Shown here: positions 1 to 9,452 of the stretch, in pieces | Position numbering within the stretch: position 1 is the first letter of the stretch | Layout: each line of letters begins with the position of its first letter | Origin: Acidobacteriaceae bacterium | Lineage (GTDB): Bacteria > Acidobacteriota > Terriglobia > Terriglobales > Acidobacteriaceae | Length of the DNA: 64,000 nucleotides | Assembly (NCBI GenBank): GCA_043749775.1 | Contig: JAYVCW010000208.1 | Location: forward strand, 47,121 to 111,120 | Direction: 5' to 3' | Made by a program: the position numbers and the translations under genes | Notes under the pieces: generated by a model | Told to the model about the DNA's origin: nothing | What the model saw: only the letters and a program-made list of their open reading frames with translations | Database searches by the model: none

Positions 1-333
1 TGCTCCCTGGTGAAGATGAATCTCGTCGAGAAGTTCGAGAAAGTTGCGCAGGCGTGCAGCCGCGAGGTATTCATACCACCGAATTCCGGTTGCTGTGGCT
101 TTGCAGGCGATCGAGGATTCATGTTCCCTGAGTTGACCGAGTCGGCGACACGTCACGAAGCCGCTGAAGCCAAGGCTGTCAAAGGCGACGGATATTATTC
201 AACCGCCCGAACCTGCGAGGTGGCCATGACTCGCAGCACGGGTCAAATATATCGTTCGTATCTTCACCTGCTGGAAGAAACCACACGAGGACAACCAAGG
301 TCCGGCTTGATCAAGCACGACGTTGCCTCTTGA
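1..333 (+). CDS. C-terminal fragment (5' end outside window) of an Fe-S/FAD oxidoreductase with a CCG cysteine-rich domain (GlcF / D-lactate dehydrogenase-like)
   Basis: Frame 1 is open from base 1 to the stop at 331-333. It contains CCGFAGDRGF, the CCG-type cysteine motif of GlcF/HdrD-like Fe-S subunits. Confidence 0.5.
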   Translation, partial: CSLVKMNLVEKFEKVAQACSREVFIPPNSGCCGFAGDRGFMFPELTESATRHEAAEAKAVKGDGYYSTARTCEVAMTRSTGQIYRSYLHLLEETTRGQPRSGLIKHDVAS

Positions 334-510
334 AATTCCTGTCGGATTCGGGCTGGTTATACTTTCGAGTTTAGCTCTCTTTCTGCGGGGTGTTACAAGG
401 CTTCAACCTTCAGAAGAGGAATCACGGAAAGACTCGATCCTTGGACGTCCCCACGAATTCGATGAAAAGTCGAGGCCTTTTAAGTTCCTGCTGAAAGACG
501 TCCTCCGTTC

Positions 511-1725
511 TCAGGTTGCCAAAGAAGCATCTAGTTTTCTGGGCCAGTTCACTCCTACCCACAAGATGGCCGATGCAAGTGTCGTACCTAGTCCAATCAT
601 CAAGACCGAATCCCAGTCTTTCGAACGCTGAATGGCGGCGCCTATTGCGATGGGTGAAACAAACGCCCCGAAATTGGATGCACAGTTCATGAGTCCCGAA
701 AAGGTCCCGGCTGACTTGCCACCCAGGTCGGCAGCAGCAGTCCAGACGGCCGCTAAAAGTAGGTCGCCTACCCCTGCGGCAGTGGCAAACAGCCAGGGTG
801 CAGCTTTGTCAGAACTGATAATACCGAGGTAATAAAGAAGAGCGGCAAGAAGCATCGAGAAACATCCCACTATTCCGCGCCCGAGCGCCGGGCTTGTCTT
901 TCTTCCCAGCGCGTCGCAAATCACTCCGCCCGCCCAACTCGAACCGATCCCGAAGAGAAACGGGAGCGAGGCGTACCTCCCAGCCTCACTCAGGGTGAAT
1001 CCTCGACGCTCGATCAAGTAGGTTGGGAACCATGTGGCATAGAACTGCCACATAACCGTGTAGCCGAAGGCGACCAGGAGCAAGGCCACCATCTGAAATG
1101 ACCAAAGGTGTACTCCCGTCTGGGTGAATCGTCTGGAATTCGGGTTGGTCGGTAACTGGGGAGGAACTACACGAAACCATATAAGAGATGCCATCACGCC
1201 TGCGGCGGCAAAGACAATAAATGTGGATCGCCAGCCGTAACGCAGCAGAAGGAATGCTGCCGCGGCTGGGGCAAACGCGCCTCCAAGTCGTCCTCCACCA
1301 AGAAAGACACCAAATGCAGTCGCCCTTGCGTTGTCCGGAATCCAACGCGCAAAAGCGGAGGTAATAGCCGGCGCCAGAGCCGCCTCCAAACCGCCAAAGG
1401 CGAATCGAATTAGTACGATAATTCGATAGCTAACAGCGGCCCCTGTTAAAGCCGTAAAGCCAGACCATGCAAGGATCGCGAATCCGACGATTCTCCGAGG
1501 ACTCCAACGATCCGCAGCTGCTCCCCAGGGTAGTTGCATTAGCGCGTAAGACAGAGAGAAGCTGCTGAATATCACACCGAGTTGGATTGGCGTAAGATTG
1601 AACTCTCTACGAATGCTGGGGCCCGCTACTGATATGCATATCCGATCGACATAGCTCACCATATTCAGCAGAGTCGCGGCCAATATGACCCTATACGGCG
1701 ACCAGGCTCGTTGTCTTGAAATCAA
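511..1725 (-). CDS. MFS transporter (anion:cation symporter-like, sugar-acid type)
   Basis: 404-aa ORF that is hydrophobic throughout with about 12 predicted helices. It has MFS-type loop motifs (DRWSPRR, GRLGG) and is the last gene of a co-linear sugar-acid cluster. Confidence 0.8.
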   Translation of the reverse strand: MISRQRAWSPYRVILAATLLNMVSYVDRICISVAGPSIRREFNLTPIQLGVIFSSFSLSYALMQLPWGAAADRWSPRRIVGFAILAWSGFTALTGAAVSYRIIVLIRFAFGGLEAALAPAITSAFARWIPDNARATAFGVFLGGGRLGGAFAPAAAAFLLLRYGWRSTFIVFAAAGVMASLIWFRVVPPQLPTNPNSRRFTQTGVHLWSFQMVALLLVAFGYTVMWQFYATWFPTYLIERRGFTLSEAGRYASLPFLFGIGSSWAGGVICDALGRKTSPALGRGIVGCFSMLLAALLYYLGIISSDKAAPWLFATAAGVGDLLLAAVWTAAADLGGKSAGTFSGLMNCASNFGAFVSPIAIGAAIQRSKDWDSVLMIGLGTTLASAILWVGVNWPRKLDASLAT

Positions 1726-1851
1726 TGCTTAACATCCTAAGCGAGAGTTTTCGGGTGCCATTGATATTGACTGATGATTGACACAGATAATCCACCGAGG
1801 TCACGCGGAGTTGAAATACGCAACGTGGCCCTCAGACTTCTTGCAACAGCG

Positions 1852-1875
1852 GTCTAGAATTTGCTTTTCTAGAAC
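1852..1875. promoter_or_regulatory. Inverted repeat TCTAGAA-N7-TTCTAGA, candidate operator upstream of the MFS gene
   Basis: Perfect 7-bp arms at 1853-1859 and 1867-1873, about 130 bp upstream of the MFS start. An IclR regulator is encoded in the same cluster. Confidence 0.2.
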
Positions 1876-2336
1876 TGAACTCTCAAGACCTAACGGACTA
1901 ATTCGCTATCAATTTTCAGAGTCTGGGGATTCTTGGTGCCCGGTTTCGATTGTGCTAATCGGCAACGACTTGCCCTCCCGCAGCCCTGAGACCGCGCGAA
2001 TCGACCGACTGAATAATTTAGGTCGACTCCATCGCCAGCGCCCAAATCCGAGCGCTCTTACCCAATTCCACCCATCGCCACTCGCCAGCGTCGCCCGACG
2101 CCGTTCAATAATTAGCAAGCGCGATTTGTACTGTCACGTCCCCTGCCATCAGCGATAGAACGTCTGCACATGATCCCCACTTTTTGCAAGCGTGGGATGT
2201 GGTTCTTCGGTTCGAAAGGCTTACTTCGATCTGCCAGTGCCTACGATCTTTTCTGGTTGGTATCTCCTGATCGGTAGGACCCGGTTTTTCTCCAAGTGAA
2301 TTCTCTCTCATTACTCCTGGTACAAAAGACCTTCGG

Positions 2337-3524
2337 TCACGTCACCCAGCCGCTTTTGTTATCGCGTGCTGGATATTTCTCCGATGCAGCGGCGATAGCG
2401 GCTGCCGTGTCCAGGACGGAAAGACGCAGTTGAAATCTTCGAGTCTCACCGGGCTGCAGGAGAGGAAGCTGTTGCCGGCGAAACCAGTCTCGACCTCCCA
2501 CCAGGCAGTTCCCGGGCTCGATTCCAAGGACATACTCTCCTTTGCCACAGAGTTTCCACTCGAGCAGGCATGGAAGCTGCGCTGGAGAGTACGTCAATTC
2601 CACTCCAAAGCTAGGTTCGGCCTCATCTGATATAAGAAGCGCGGAAGTGCGCTCGGGCAGCTGGCTCTCAAACGAATGAAAAAAGACCTGTTCAGCAAAG
2701 TCCTGCGTCGGGGGCTCGAGGTAATTCCACTTGGAGAGACCTCGCTTGGCTATCTCGTCCCGTGGAACAACAGTATCAGTCGTTAAATACAACCGGCTTC
2801 GTGAATTAACAAGTGGAAACCCGAAGTTCCAGTGATAGAGATGCATATGGATTTCCGGGCGGAATCCTTCATTCGTGACTACGTCATCCAGCTCTACCCA
2901 GTTAGCCCCCATCTCGGTTCTCCAGGTTCGGCGCAGGCTTAGATTGGGACCAAATGGGTAAGCTTCTTTAACTACACCGGAAACTCCCATCTGGTATGTA
3001 GATGCATTCCAGTTGCTAAAAGTGCTTACTTGAGTAGCGGGGCTATAGGAAATTTCGCCGTGAAGACCATAGGTTTCCCAGCCTTCTTCCGACGCGGGAC
3101 CTACGTTTCGGATCCCACAGGTGACAAGCATGCCCCCCCCAAAACCGCGCAACCAGCCTGATCCCTTTCGCTCGTAATAGGATGGCGCCACGATCCCTGC
3201 GCTGGATTTCCAGCAAAGAGACTTGCCGCAGAATGATGCTTCGGTAAGATCGAGTGCGCGGTCGGCAAGGACAGTGAAGCTAAAACCGGAGCCAGTTTCT
3301 AAATGAATCGCTTCAACTCCCTTTGCCTTCCCCTCGACCAGATGGGACCGGTTAATCCCGACAACTTGATCCATCGAACCCACATATTCGAGCAGGGCTA
3401 CCCGAGAGAGTTTAAAAGGATTAATCATGAGTTCTTTCGCATTTGAATGCACTATCCTCCGCGACGTTGTCTTTAGTTGTTGCGTCAAACCAAGTCCCGT
3501 CAAGTATTCGAAATACCGAATCAC
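2337..3524 (-). CDS. Aldose 1-epimerase-like (DUF4432-type) protein
   Basis: 395-aa ORF containing GLHGEISYSPA and other mutarotase-fold-like segments. Its start abuts the stop of the upstream lactonase gene (3524/3525). Confidence 0.6.
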   Translation of the reverse strand: MIRYFEYLTGLGLTQQLKTTSRRIVHSNAKELMINPFKLSRVALLEYVGSMDQVVGINRSHLVEGKAKGVEAIHLETGSGFSFTVLADRALDLTEASFCGKSLCWKSSAGIVAPSYYERKGSGWLRGFGGGMLVTCGIRNVGPASEEGWETYGLHGEISYSPATQVSTFSNWNASTYQMGVSGVVKEAYPFGPNLSLRRTWRTEMGANWVELDDVVTNEGFRPEIHMHLYHWNFGFPLVNSRSRLYLTTDTVVPRDEIAKRGLSKWNYLEPPTQDFAEQVFFHSFESQLPERTSALLISDEAEPSFGVELTYSPAQLPCLLEWKLCGKGEYVLGIEPGNCLVGGRDWFRRQQLPLLQPGETRRFQLRLSVLDTAAAIAAASEKYPARDNKSGWVT

Positions 3525-4481
3525 TCAGGCAGAGACATCGGAGTCGCCCGAGATTTGAGTTCCTATCCTTGTTGCTAGCGAGATTCTTGCTCGGGCTTGA
3601 ATAAGGCCCTTCACATCCGCACGCATCCTATACAACGCACCTCCGAAATTGCCACTCACGTGGTCATAGCCAGTTGGCATGGCCGGCGTGGGCTGAGACA
3701 GTCCGGCAGAAGTGATGTACAGATCACCGAGATCTTGGCCGCCAAACGCCACACACGATGTTTGCTTTGCGGGAATCACGATCTTGCGCTCGACGGCACC
3801 GTCCGGGTCATATCGAACCACGCAGCTTCCATACCATTGAGCTGACCACAGGAATCCTTCGGAATCTACCGCAAGACCGTCCGGTATGCCTTCGTCACTT
3901 GGCACCTGGACAAGCGCTCTGCGGTCGTGGGCCTCTCCAGAATCCGGATCGTAGTTGTACACATAAATCCTGCGAGCCATCGAATCGGTGACATATAACA
4001 ATTCGTTGTTCGGAGAAAACCCCAATCCATTCGAAAGATGGAACCCCTCGTCGATGATCTTGATTCGGCCATTCGTCTCGACGCAGATCAACTTACCTAG
4101 TGGATAATTGTCGCCTGGATCATAGAATACAGATCCTCCCAGCAGACGGCCATGAACATCAGCCACGCAGTCGTTCATACGGCAAGGCTCACCATCTACT
4201 TGGTCCGCGACTAGAGTAGCTTGCTGGCCCTCATTCCACAGCCAGATTCCGACGCTGTTGGTGACCACGAAGCCTCCGGATGCGTTGAGCCGAAATCCTT
4301 TTATTTCCAGCCGATTATTTACAACCCGGGACTTGCCAGAGCGTGAATCGTACAGGTAGAAACGATTGCTCAACCCGTCTGTCCAGTAGAGACTGACCGT
4401 GCTTTCATCCCATACTGGACACTCACCGCATTGGTCGTTATAGTCTGCCACGACTTCGCACATGGGTTGCATCCTATGCAA
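3525..4481 (-). CDS. SMP-30/gluconolactonase/LRE family lactonase
   Basis: 318 aa. N-terminal GECPVWDE and repeated beta-propeller blades (YWTD, LYVTDS, PDGLAVDSEG, LYITSA) are typical of the family. Confidence 0.8.
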   Translation of the reverse strand: MHRMQPMCEVVADYNDQCGECPVWDESTVSLYWTDGLSNRFYLYDSRSGKSRVVNNRLEIKGFRLNASGGFVVTNSVGIWLWNEGQQATLVADQVDGEPCRMNDCVADVHGRLLGGSVFYDPGDNYPLGKLICVETNGRIKIIDEGFHLSNGLGFSPNNELLYVTDSMARRIYVYNYDPDSGEAHDRRALVQVPSDEGIPDGLAVDSEGFLWSAQWYGSCVVRYDPDGAVERKIVIPAKQTSCVAFGGQDLGDLYITSAGLSQPTPAMPTGYDHVSGNFGGALYRMRADVKGLIQARARISLATRIGTQISGDSDVSA

Positions 4482-4555
4482 ACTGTCAATATCTCAGAAC
4501 GTGTCAGTAATGCGACGCCATCAGTTGATGCCTGCGAACGCTTGCACCTCGCGTC

Positions 4556-6166
4556 TTACTTTCCAGCGGCTACTTCCTTCATCGCGTTCAATAGCTGCGG
4601 TGTATAGGTCTCAACAGCAGCGAATGCATTCTGAATCTGTTCGAATGGCGTCGAGCCAGCGTTATTGCTAAACGGCTTCGTGCCCGCCGTCCAGTCTTTT
4701 TGAATATCCAAGACTCGATTTATTACTGGAGAATTCAGACTACGCAAGGCCTCATTCATTCCGGGAAACGACCAGCTATTTTCATACCCTGTCTTGCGCT
4801 GCCACGCTTCCGCGGTAGCCGCAAATGCGCCTAAAGATCCCCGAACGTGTTGGTGGGACGCCGTTGCCGCCAGAAACTCCCTATATGTGACTTGCATGTT
4901 CAGCTGCAGGACAAGGTCGTCAACAAAACGATGGGGATCGCCGAACAATAATCCTCTCAGTTGTCCGGTGGAAAGTTCTCTGCTCGAAAGGTTCTCAAGT
5001 TCCCGCGCCTGTGTCCTCATCTCGCCTAAATCATCCCCGGCAAGTGCTTTCCACGATCGCACAATCGCTGGCCCCTGCCCCACGATTAGCTGATTCGCGA
5101 ATTTTACGTAATCCGCATCATTCAGACTCTTCCCCGCTGCACCTTGCGCAAAGGCAAAAGTGTTCGGTAGTTGCACGCAGTGGGTCTGAGCATTACCCAT
5201 AACGCCGCGAGACAACGGCTTTGCACCTCCTTGGTAGGCGTGGTTACCGCCAAAGTTGGTGAACGGGAATGATGGTTCATTTTCGATCGCACCGTAGTTA
5301 AAGGCAATTGACCTCTTCGACCATGCTGGTGCATCAAGTATCTCGCGTCGCGCTCCGGCTAATCCCCATGGTTCCAACTTCGACTTGTTAACAAGGGTGA
5401 TCGCTTCGAAATACTCGTCCCGAGTTGACCAGCCAAACGTACCTGTGGCATACCAACGGCCATATGCCGGCCACCCCACGTGTACCCAATAGATCAGTTC
5501 AATTCCGGGACGCAACCGATCGAACAATTCACGATACATCCTAAGCAAGTCCACGAATTCCTGGTTTGTTGAGCCCGGATAGCTACCGGGATCGCTGTCG
5601 ATAATGGCAAAGGCATCGGCTTTGGCCAGATACCGAAGTGCGCTCTCACGTCTCTTCATCATGTTGGATACGGCCGCCGTATCAGCTGGGTTTACAAATA
5701 TTTCGGAGTGGTAATAGTGACGCTGCTCGAATGTGGCTTGCTTGGCGACATCGTCTTTCGCGATCACATTGGCACTCAGCACAATGAAGGCCCTCATGTG
5801 AAAGTCGCCATGAAGTATATTGATGACCTTCGCAAGTTTGCGCAGCGAAGTTACATCACTCGAAGTCAGCGGGTCAGGCATTGTATCGATCAGCGGCCAG
5901 ATCATGATCGTGTTGTAACCTAATTTATGGAGGCCATCGGCATATCCTCGCCAGTCGTCGAGCGACCAGGTTCTCGCGGCATAGGGGTGACTGTAAGGCC
6001 AATGCTGATGTACATACATGCCCACGACCGGAGGCTCAGACGATTGTTGCGCCCAGCCATACAAGCCGCTACCCATGACAAGGATAATGAACGCGAGTCC
6101 TCTTAGAATTGATTGGTTTGATTTCTTATTTTGCCTTAGGTGTTTCATCGGTCCTCTCTGCTTCAA
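4556..6166 (-). CDS. Secreted protein of unknown function (possible TIM-barrel-like carbohydrate-active enzyme)
   Basis: 536-aa ORF with an N-terminal basic and hydrophobic signal-like segment (LRGLAFIILVMGSGLYGWAQQ). I recognised no family motif. It is embedded in the sugar-acid cluster. Confidence 0.6.
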   Translation of the reverse strand: MKQRGPMKHLRQNKKSNQSILRGLAFIILVMGSGLYGWAQQSSEPPVVGMYVHQHWPYSHPYAARTWSLDDWRGYADGLHKLGYNTIMIWPLIDTMPDPLTSSDVTSLRKLAKVINILHGDFHMRAFIVLSANVIAKDDVAKQATFEQRHYYHSEIFVNPADTAAVSNMMKRRESALRYLAKADAFAIIDSDPGSYPGSTNQEFVDLLRMYRELFDRLRPGIELIYWVHVGWPAYGRWYATGTFGWSTRDEYFEAITLVNKSKLEPWGLAGARREILDAPAWSKRSIAFNYGAIENEPSFPFTNFGGNHAYQGGAKPLSRGVMGNAQTHCVQLPNTFAFAQGAAGKSLNDADYVKFANQLIVGQGPAIVRSWKALAGDDLGEMRTQARELENLSSRELSTGQLRGLLFGDPHRFVDDLVLQLNMQVTYREFLAATASHQHVRGSLGAFAATAEAWQRKTGYENSWSFPGMNEALRSLNSPVINRVLDIQKDWTAGTKPFSNNAGSTPFEQIQNAFAAVETYTPQLLNAMKEVAAGK

Positions 6167-6261
6167 AAGGAAGAAATCCTACCCTCGATGCGACTTCCGC
6201 AAAAGACTGAATCAAGACAACCGCACTGCCGCGCAACGAGGGCGACGAAATATACGTGGCG

Positions 6262-7017
6262 CTAATGCATAATCCAACCGCCATCTACATTTAAGGTCTG
6301 GCCGGTCATTGCAGATGAATAATCAGAAGCAAGAAACAGAGCCACGTTGGCGATGTCTTCAGGCACAACCCGTCTTTTTAAACTCTGCAAAGGCAACACC
6401 TCCGCAGCCAATTCTTCGGGTGTCCCGAAGTTAGCTTCGCTGGCGGTTGCCACCGCACCCGGGGTTATGCAATTCACCCGAATACCATACTCGCCCAGTT
6501 CGCGGGCTAGGGAACGGGTAAGACCGATAATCCCCCCTTTAGCGGCAACGTAATGGGAAAGCTTGGCCATGCCAAGAAAGAAAGTGACCGAGCTAATCTG
6601 AATTATGCAACCGCTGCGTTGGCTCACAAGTAGCGGAACCACGGCGTGCGTACAATTGAACGTACCGTTCAGGTTCACGTCCAATGTTCGATCCCATTCC
6701 TCATGAGTCATCTCTACGAAGCGCTTACGGGGATAGGCTCCAGCATTGTTCACAAGGATATCGACCGTTTTGAAGCGGGCGACAGCAGATCCTATTGCTT
6801 CGCGCACTTGGTCCCGATCTGTTGTGTCAAAAACATATTTTTCAACCGGATGTCCCTGCTCAAGAAGCGCCTCTGCGGTGAAGGCGAGGCGCTCCCCATC
6901 GATGTCCCCCATGACCACACTGGCACCGTGCCGACAGAATTCTCGAGAAATGAACTCCCCAATGCCCTGGGCAGCCCCAGTCACTATCGCCACTTTACCT
7001 TGAAGTAGTTTTTCCAT
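6262..7017 (-). CDS. Short-chain dehydrogenase/reductase (SDR, FabG-like)
   Basis: 251 aa with the TGAAQGIG cofactor motif, NNAG, and the catalytic S...YxxxK (SHYVAAK). Confidence 0.9.
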   Translation of the reverse strand: MEKLLQGKVAIVTGAAQGIGEFISREFCRHGASVVMGDIDGERLAFTAEALLEQGHPVEKYVFDTTDRDQVREAIGSAVARFKTVDILVNNAGAYPRKRFVEMTHEEWDRTLDVNLNGTFNCTHAVVPLLVSQRSGCIIQISSVTFFLGMAKLSHYVAAKGGIIGLTRSLARELGEYGIRVNCITPGAVATASEANFGTPEELAAEVLPLQSLKRRVVPEDIANVALFLASDYSSAMTGQTLNVDGGWIMH

Positions 7018-7067
7018 CTCAATGCCTCGCTATGCTCCGGTTGCATTTCATGCCGTTGACGTCGTCT

Positions 7068-8267
7068 CTAGAAGATCGGCAGCGATGGAACCCAGCCCGG
7101 CCGGTTCGGGTCGTAAAATTCGTTCACATGCCCGATCTCTTTGTACAGCCTGTGATATTTCTCGACCTTATCCCAATCGACATCTATTCCAAGGCCGGGC
7201 CCGGTCGGGACCCTAAAAAAGCCATCCTCATACTGGAAGGGTGACGTAATGATGTCGTCGACTTGGTCGTGATAGTGGCTGTCGATGGCGTATCCGATCG
7301 ATGGAGTACTGGAGGCCAAGTGCAGCATCGCAGCCGTCGAAATACCCAATTCCCGGTCACTATGCATCCCGACGCCGATTTGAAAAGCGTCACAGACCGC
7401 GACCATTCGTTGGTTCTCGCGAAAACCACCCCAGAAATGAACGTCAGACAAGACCACATCCACACTGCGAAGGCGAATACCTGGGGCCAACTGTTCAAAG
7501 CTGACAAGGCACATATTTGTAGCAAATGGAATTTGAACCGCCTTCCTCGCTAAACTCATCCCTTCTAGGTTCCACGTAGGATCTTCCAAATATTCGAGCT
7601 CAATGCCCTCACGAAGCAATTGTGTCCCCGTGCGAATTGTCGTCTCCACCGACCACGCCGCATTTGGATCCCAGCGCAGCAAGCTTTTTGGGAAGCGCTT
7701 ACGCAAGAGACGAACTGTTTGGAGTTCTTTATCGGGGGCAAGAACACCCCCTTTCAGCTTGATAACCCGGAAGCCGTGCCTTTCGACTAGTTCGTTGGCA
7801 CGTTCTGCCATTGACTCGGGAGAGTTTTCCCCACCCTTTTGCGTTTGCGAGTCTTTGTAGCGATAGAACAAATATGCTGATACTTCAACCTTATCCCGCA
7901 CCTTTCCACCGAGCAGGGAGTGGACGGGACGATTGAAAGCTTTTCCTGCCGCATCAAGGCAGGCCATTTCTATTCCCGCTCGCACTACCGCAGGTACCGA
8001 GGTTTCGTAGCCGATTCGGAATATGCCCAGCTTGTGCTGTAGGACGCCAGTTTCGAGTGGATCAATGCCAAGGATGAATGGTTTGGCTACCTCAATCGCA
8101 TACTCGACCGCATTTCCCCCATAAGTCTCACCAATGCCGGTTATTCCTTCGTCTGTTGTCAGCTTGATGATTCCGCGGGTAGTACCAGTTTCCACTCCCA
8201 TACTCCAACGCAAGGGAGCCTCCATCGGAACCGTGACCGGAATCACTTCTATGCCAGTAATCTTCAT
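7068..8267 (-). CDS. Enolase-superfamily dehydratase, glucarate-dehydratase-like
   Basis: 399 aa with KLKGGV, RWDPNAAW, YLEDP, ATNM, DVHFWGG and HSDRELGIS, which resemble GudD/GudX-type sequences. Confidence 0.8.
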   Translation of the reverse strand: MKITGIEVIPVTVPMEAPLRWSMGVETGTTRGIIKLTTDEGITGIGETYGGNAVEYAIEVAKPFILGIDPLETGVLQHKLGIFRIGYETSVPAVVRAGIEMACLDAAGKAFNRPVHSLLGGKVRDKVEVSAYLFYRYKDSQTQKGGENSPESMAERANELVERHGFRVIKLKGGVLAPDKELQTVRLLRKRFPKSLLRWDPNAAWSVETTIRTGTQLLREGIELEYLEDPTWNLEGMSLARKAVQIPFATNMCLVSFEQLAPGIRLRSVDVVLSDVHFWGGFRENQRMVAVCDAFQIGVGMHSDRELGISTAAMLHLASSTPSIGYAIDSHYHDQVDDIITSPFQYEDGFFRVPTGPGLGIDVDWDKVEKYHRLYKEIGHVNEFYDPNRPGWVPSLPIF

Positions 8268-8435
8268 AGTCCCTTGCGACCGTCTAAAGTTTACCTAGAC
8301 TTCTGATCTAAACTTCTTGAGAGACACGACAGAGTAGCCGTTTTCCCCACCTTGTTGCGACGTATCAGCTGCTCCTTGACTAGTGTTCCGTCCGCGCTCC
8401 AGCAATATTGACGACATGCTACTTCGAACTCTCTT

Positions 8436-9452
8436 TCAAGCCACCGCGCCGAGCGCTGCAATGCAAACTAACTGAAACAGAAGTCCGGCAGTTAGCAAGC
8501 GCAATGCGCTCTGGGGTGCGTGTTTCCATTCACCTGTGATCCATCCCCAGAAAACGCCCGTGGTGATCGCCATTGACATGTAAACAGGCCACCCAATCAC
8601 AGGACCCAGATTCCCCAATAACTCCGCGCCTGCACCGTACAGTACGGTTCCTCCTATCCAGGCAACGCCCATAATCGGAGGCCCGATCCAATGTGATATT
8701 GGTCCTCTGGACAGGTCGGACCACAATCCATTGCGGGTAAACGTCACAATTGTCACCAGAACGTTGGGGATATAACCAAATGAAACGGTAAATGCCCAGA
8801 GCGCATTGGTTGCATTCAAAGGGCCGGCGCCTGCCAAAACTGAGAGGCGGTTGAATTCACCACCGTACGCTAACGCGATATTGAATAGAGAAGAAAGAAT
8901 CGCCGCAAAGATGCTCGCGACAAGGCCGCGAATAAAGTCTCGGTGACTCGATGCGGGTTGGACAATGTTACCCTCCAGTTGCCGCGGCGCACCTCGTTTG
9001 CTGCCGGCGTATATGCACAGAAGGACCCCGAGGATTATGCCGAGATCAGCGAGAATGAGGAGCACACCCTGGTTCGTGAACAAGCGCCCTGGAGACGAAA
9101 TCAGCACGGGGCCGAGCGAACCCACTGCAATGGAGGAGCCGTAAATAATGGCGGTGGCAAGCGACAGGCCAACCAGTTTCACTGATAACCCGACCAGGAC
9201 AACGGCAATTCCCCAGCCCAAGCCGCACGCAGCGCAGATGATTGCTGTGCGCGAAGAAACTCGAGAATAAATGTTGAACAAATGAGGTATGGTCGCCATG
9301 GCTACGAGCCATGGCATGATCAAATAGGCGCAAACGGAGTACAAGGCCCAGCTCTTCTCAAATTTCCACGAGCGTAGTAGCTTAAGTGGCGCAAAGACAG
9401 ATCCCCCCAAAAGTCCCGCCACCAATGTGACGCCCAGTCCTTCTGCATTCAT
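8436..9452 (-). CDS. RhaT-family sugar:H+ symporter (L-rhamnose transporter-like)
   Basis: 338 aa with about 10 TM helices. APLKLLRSWKFEKSW and GWITGEWKH parallel the E. coli RhaT segments APFKKVKKWSWETMW and LVLKEWNN. There is an ATGA start/stop overlap with the upstream gene. Confidence 0.7.
   Translation of the reverse strand: MNAEGLGVTLVAGLLGGSVFAPLKLLRSWKFEKSWALYSVCAYLIMPWLVAMATIPHLFNIYSRVSSRTAIICAACGLGWGIAVVLVGLSVKLVGLSLATAIIYGSSIAVGSLGPVLISSPGRLFTNQGVLLILADLGIILGVLLCIYAGSKRGAPRQLEGNIVQPASSHRDFIRGLVASIFAAILSSLFNIALAYGGEFNRLSVLAGAGPLNATNALWAFTVSFGYIPNVLVTIVTFTRNGLWSDLSRGPISHWIGPPIMGVAWIGGTVLYGAGAELLGNLGPVIGWPVYMSMAITTGVFWGWITGEWKHAPQSALRLLTAGLLFQLVCIAALGAVA

Noticed and set aside
2326-2336. 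Terminator after the DUF4432-like gene (GACC-GAA-GGTC followed by TTTTG on the minus strand)
   Set aside because: The stem is only 4 bp, which is too weak to call.
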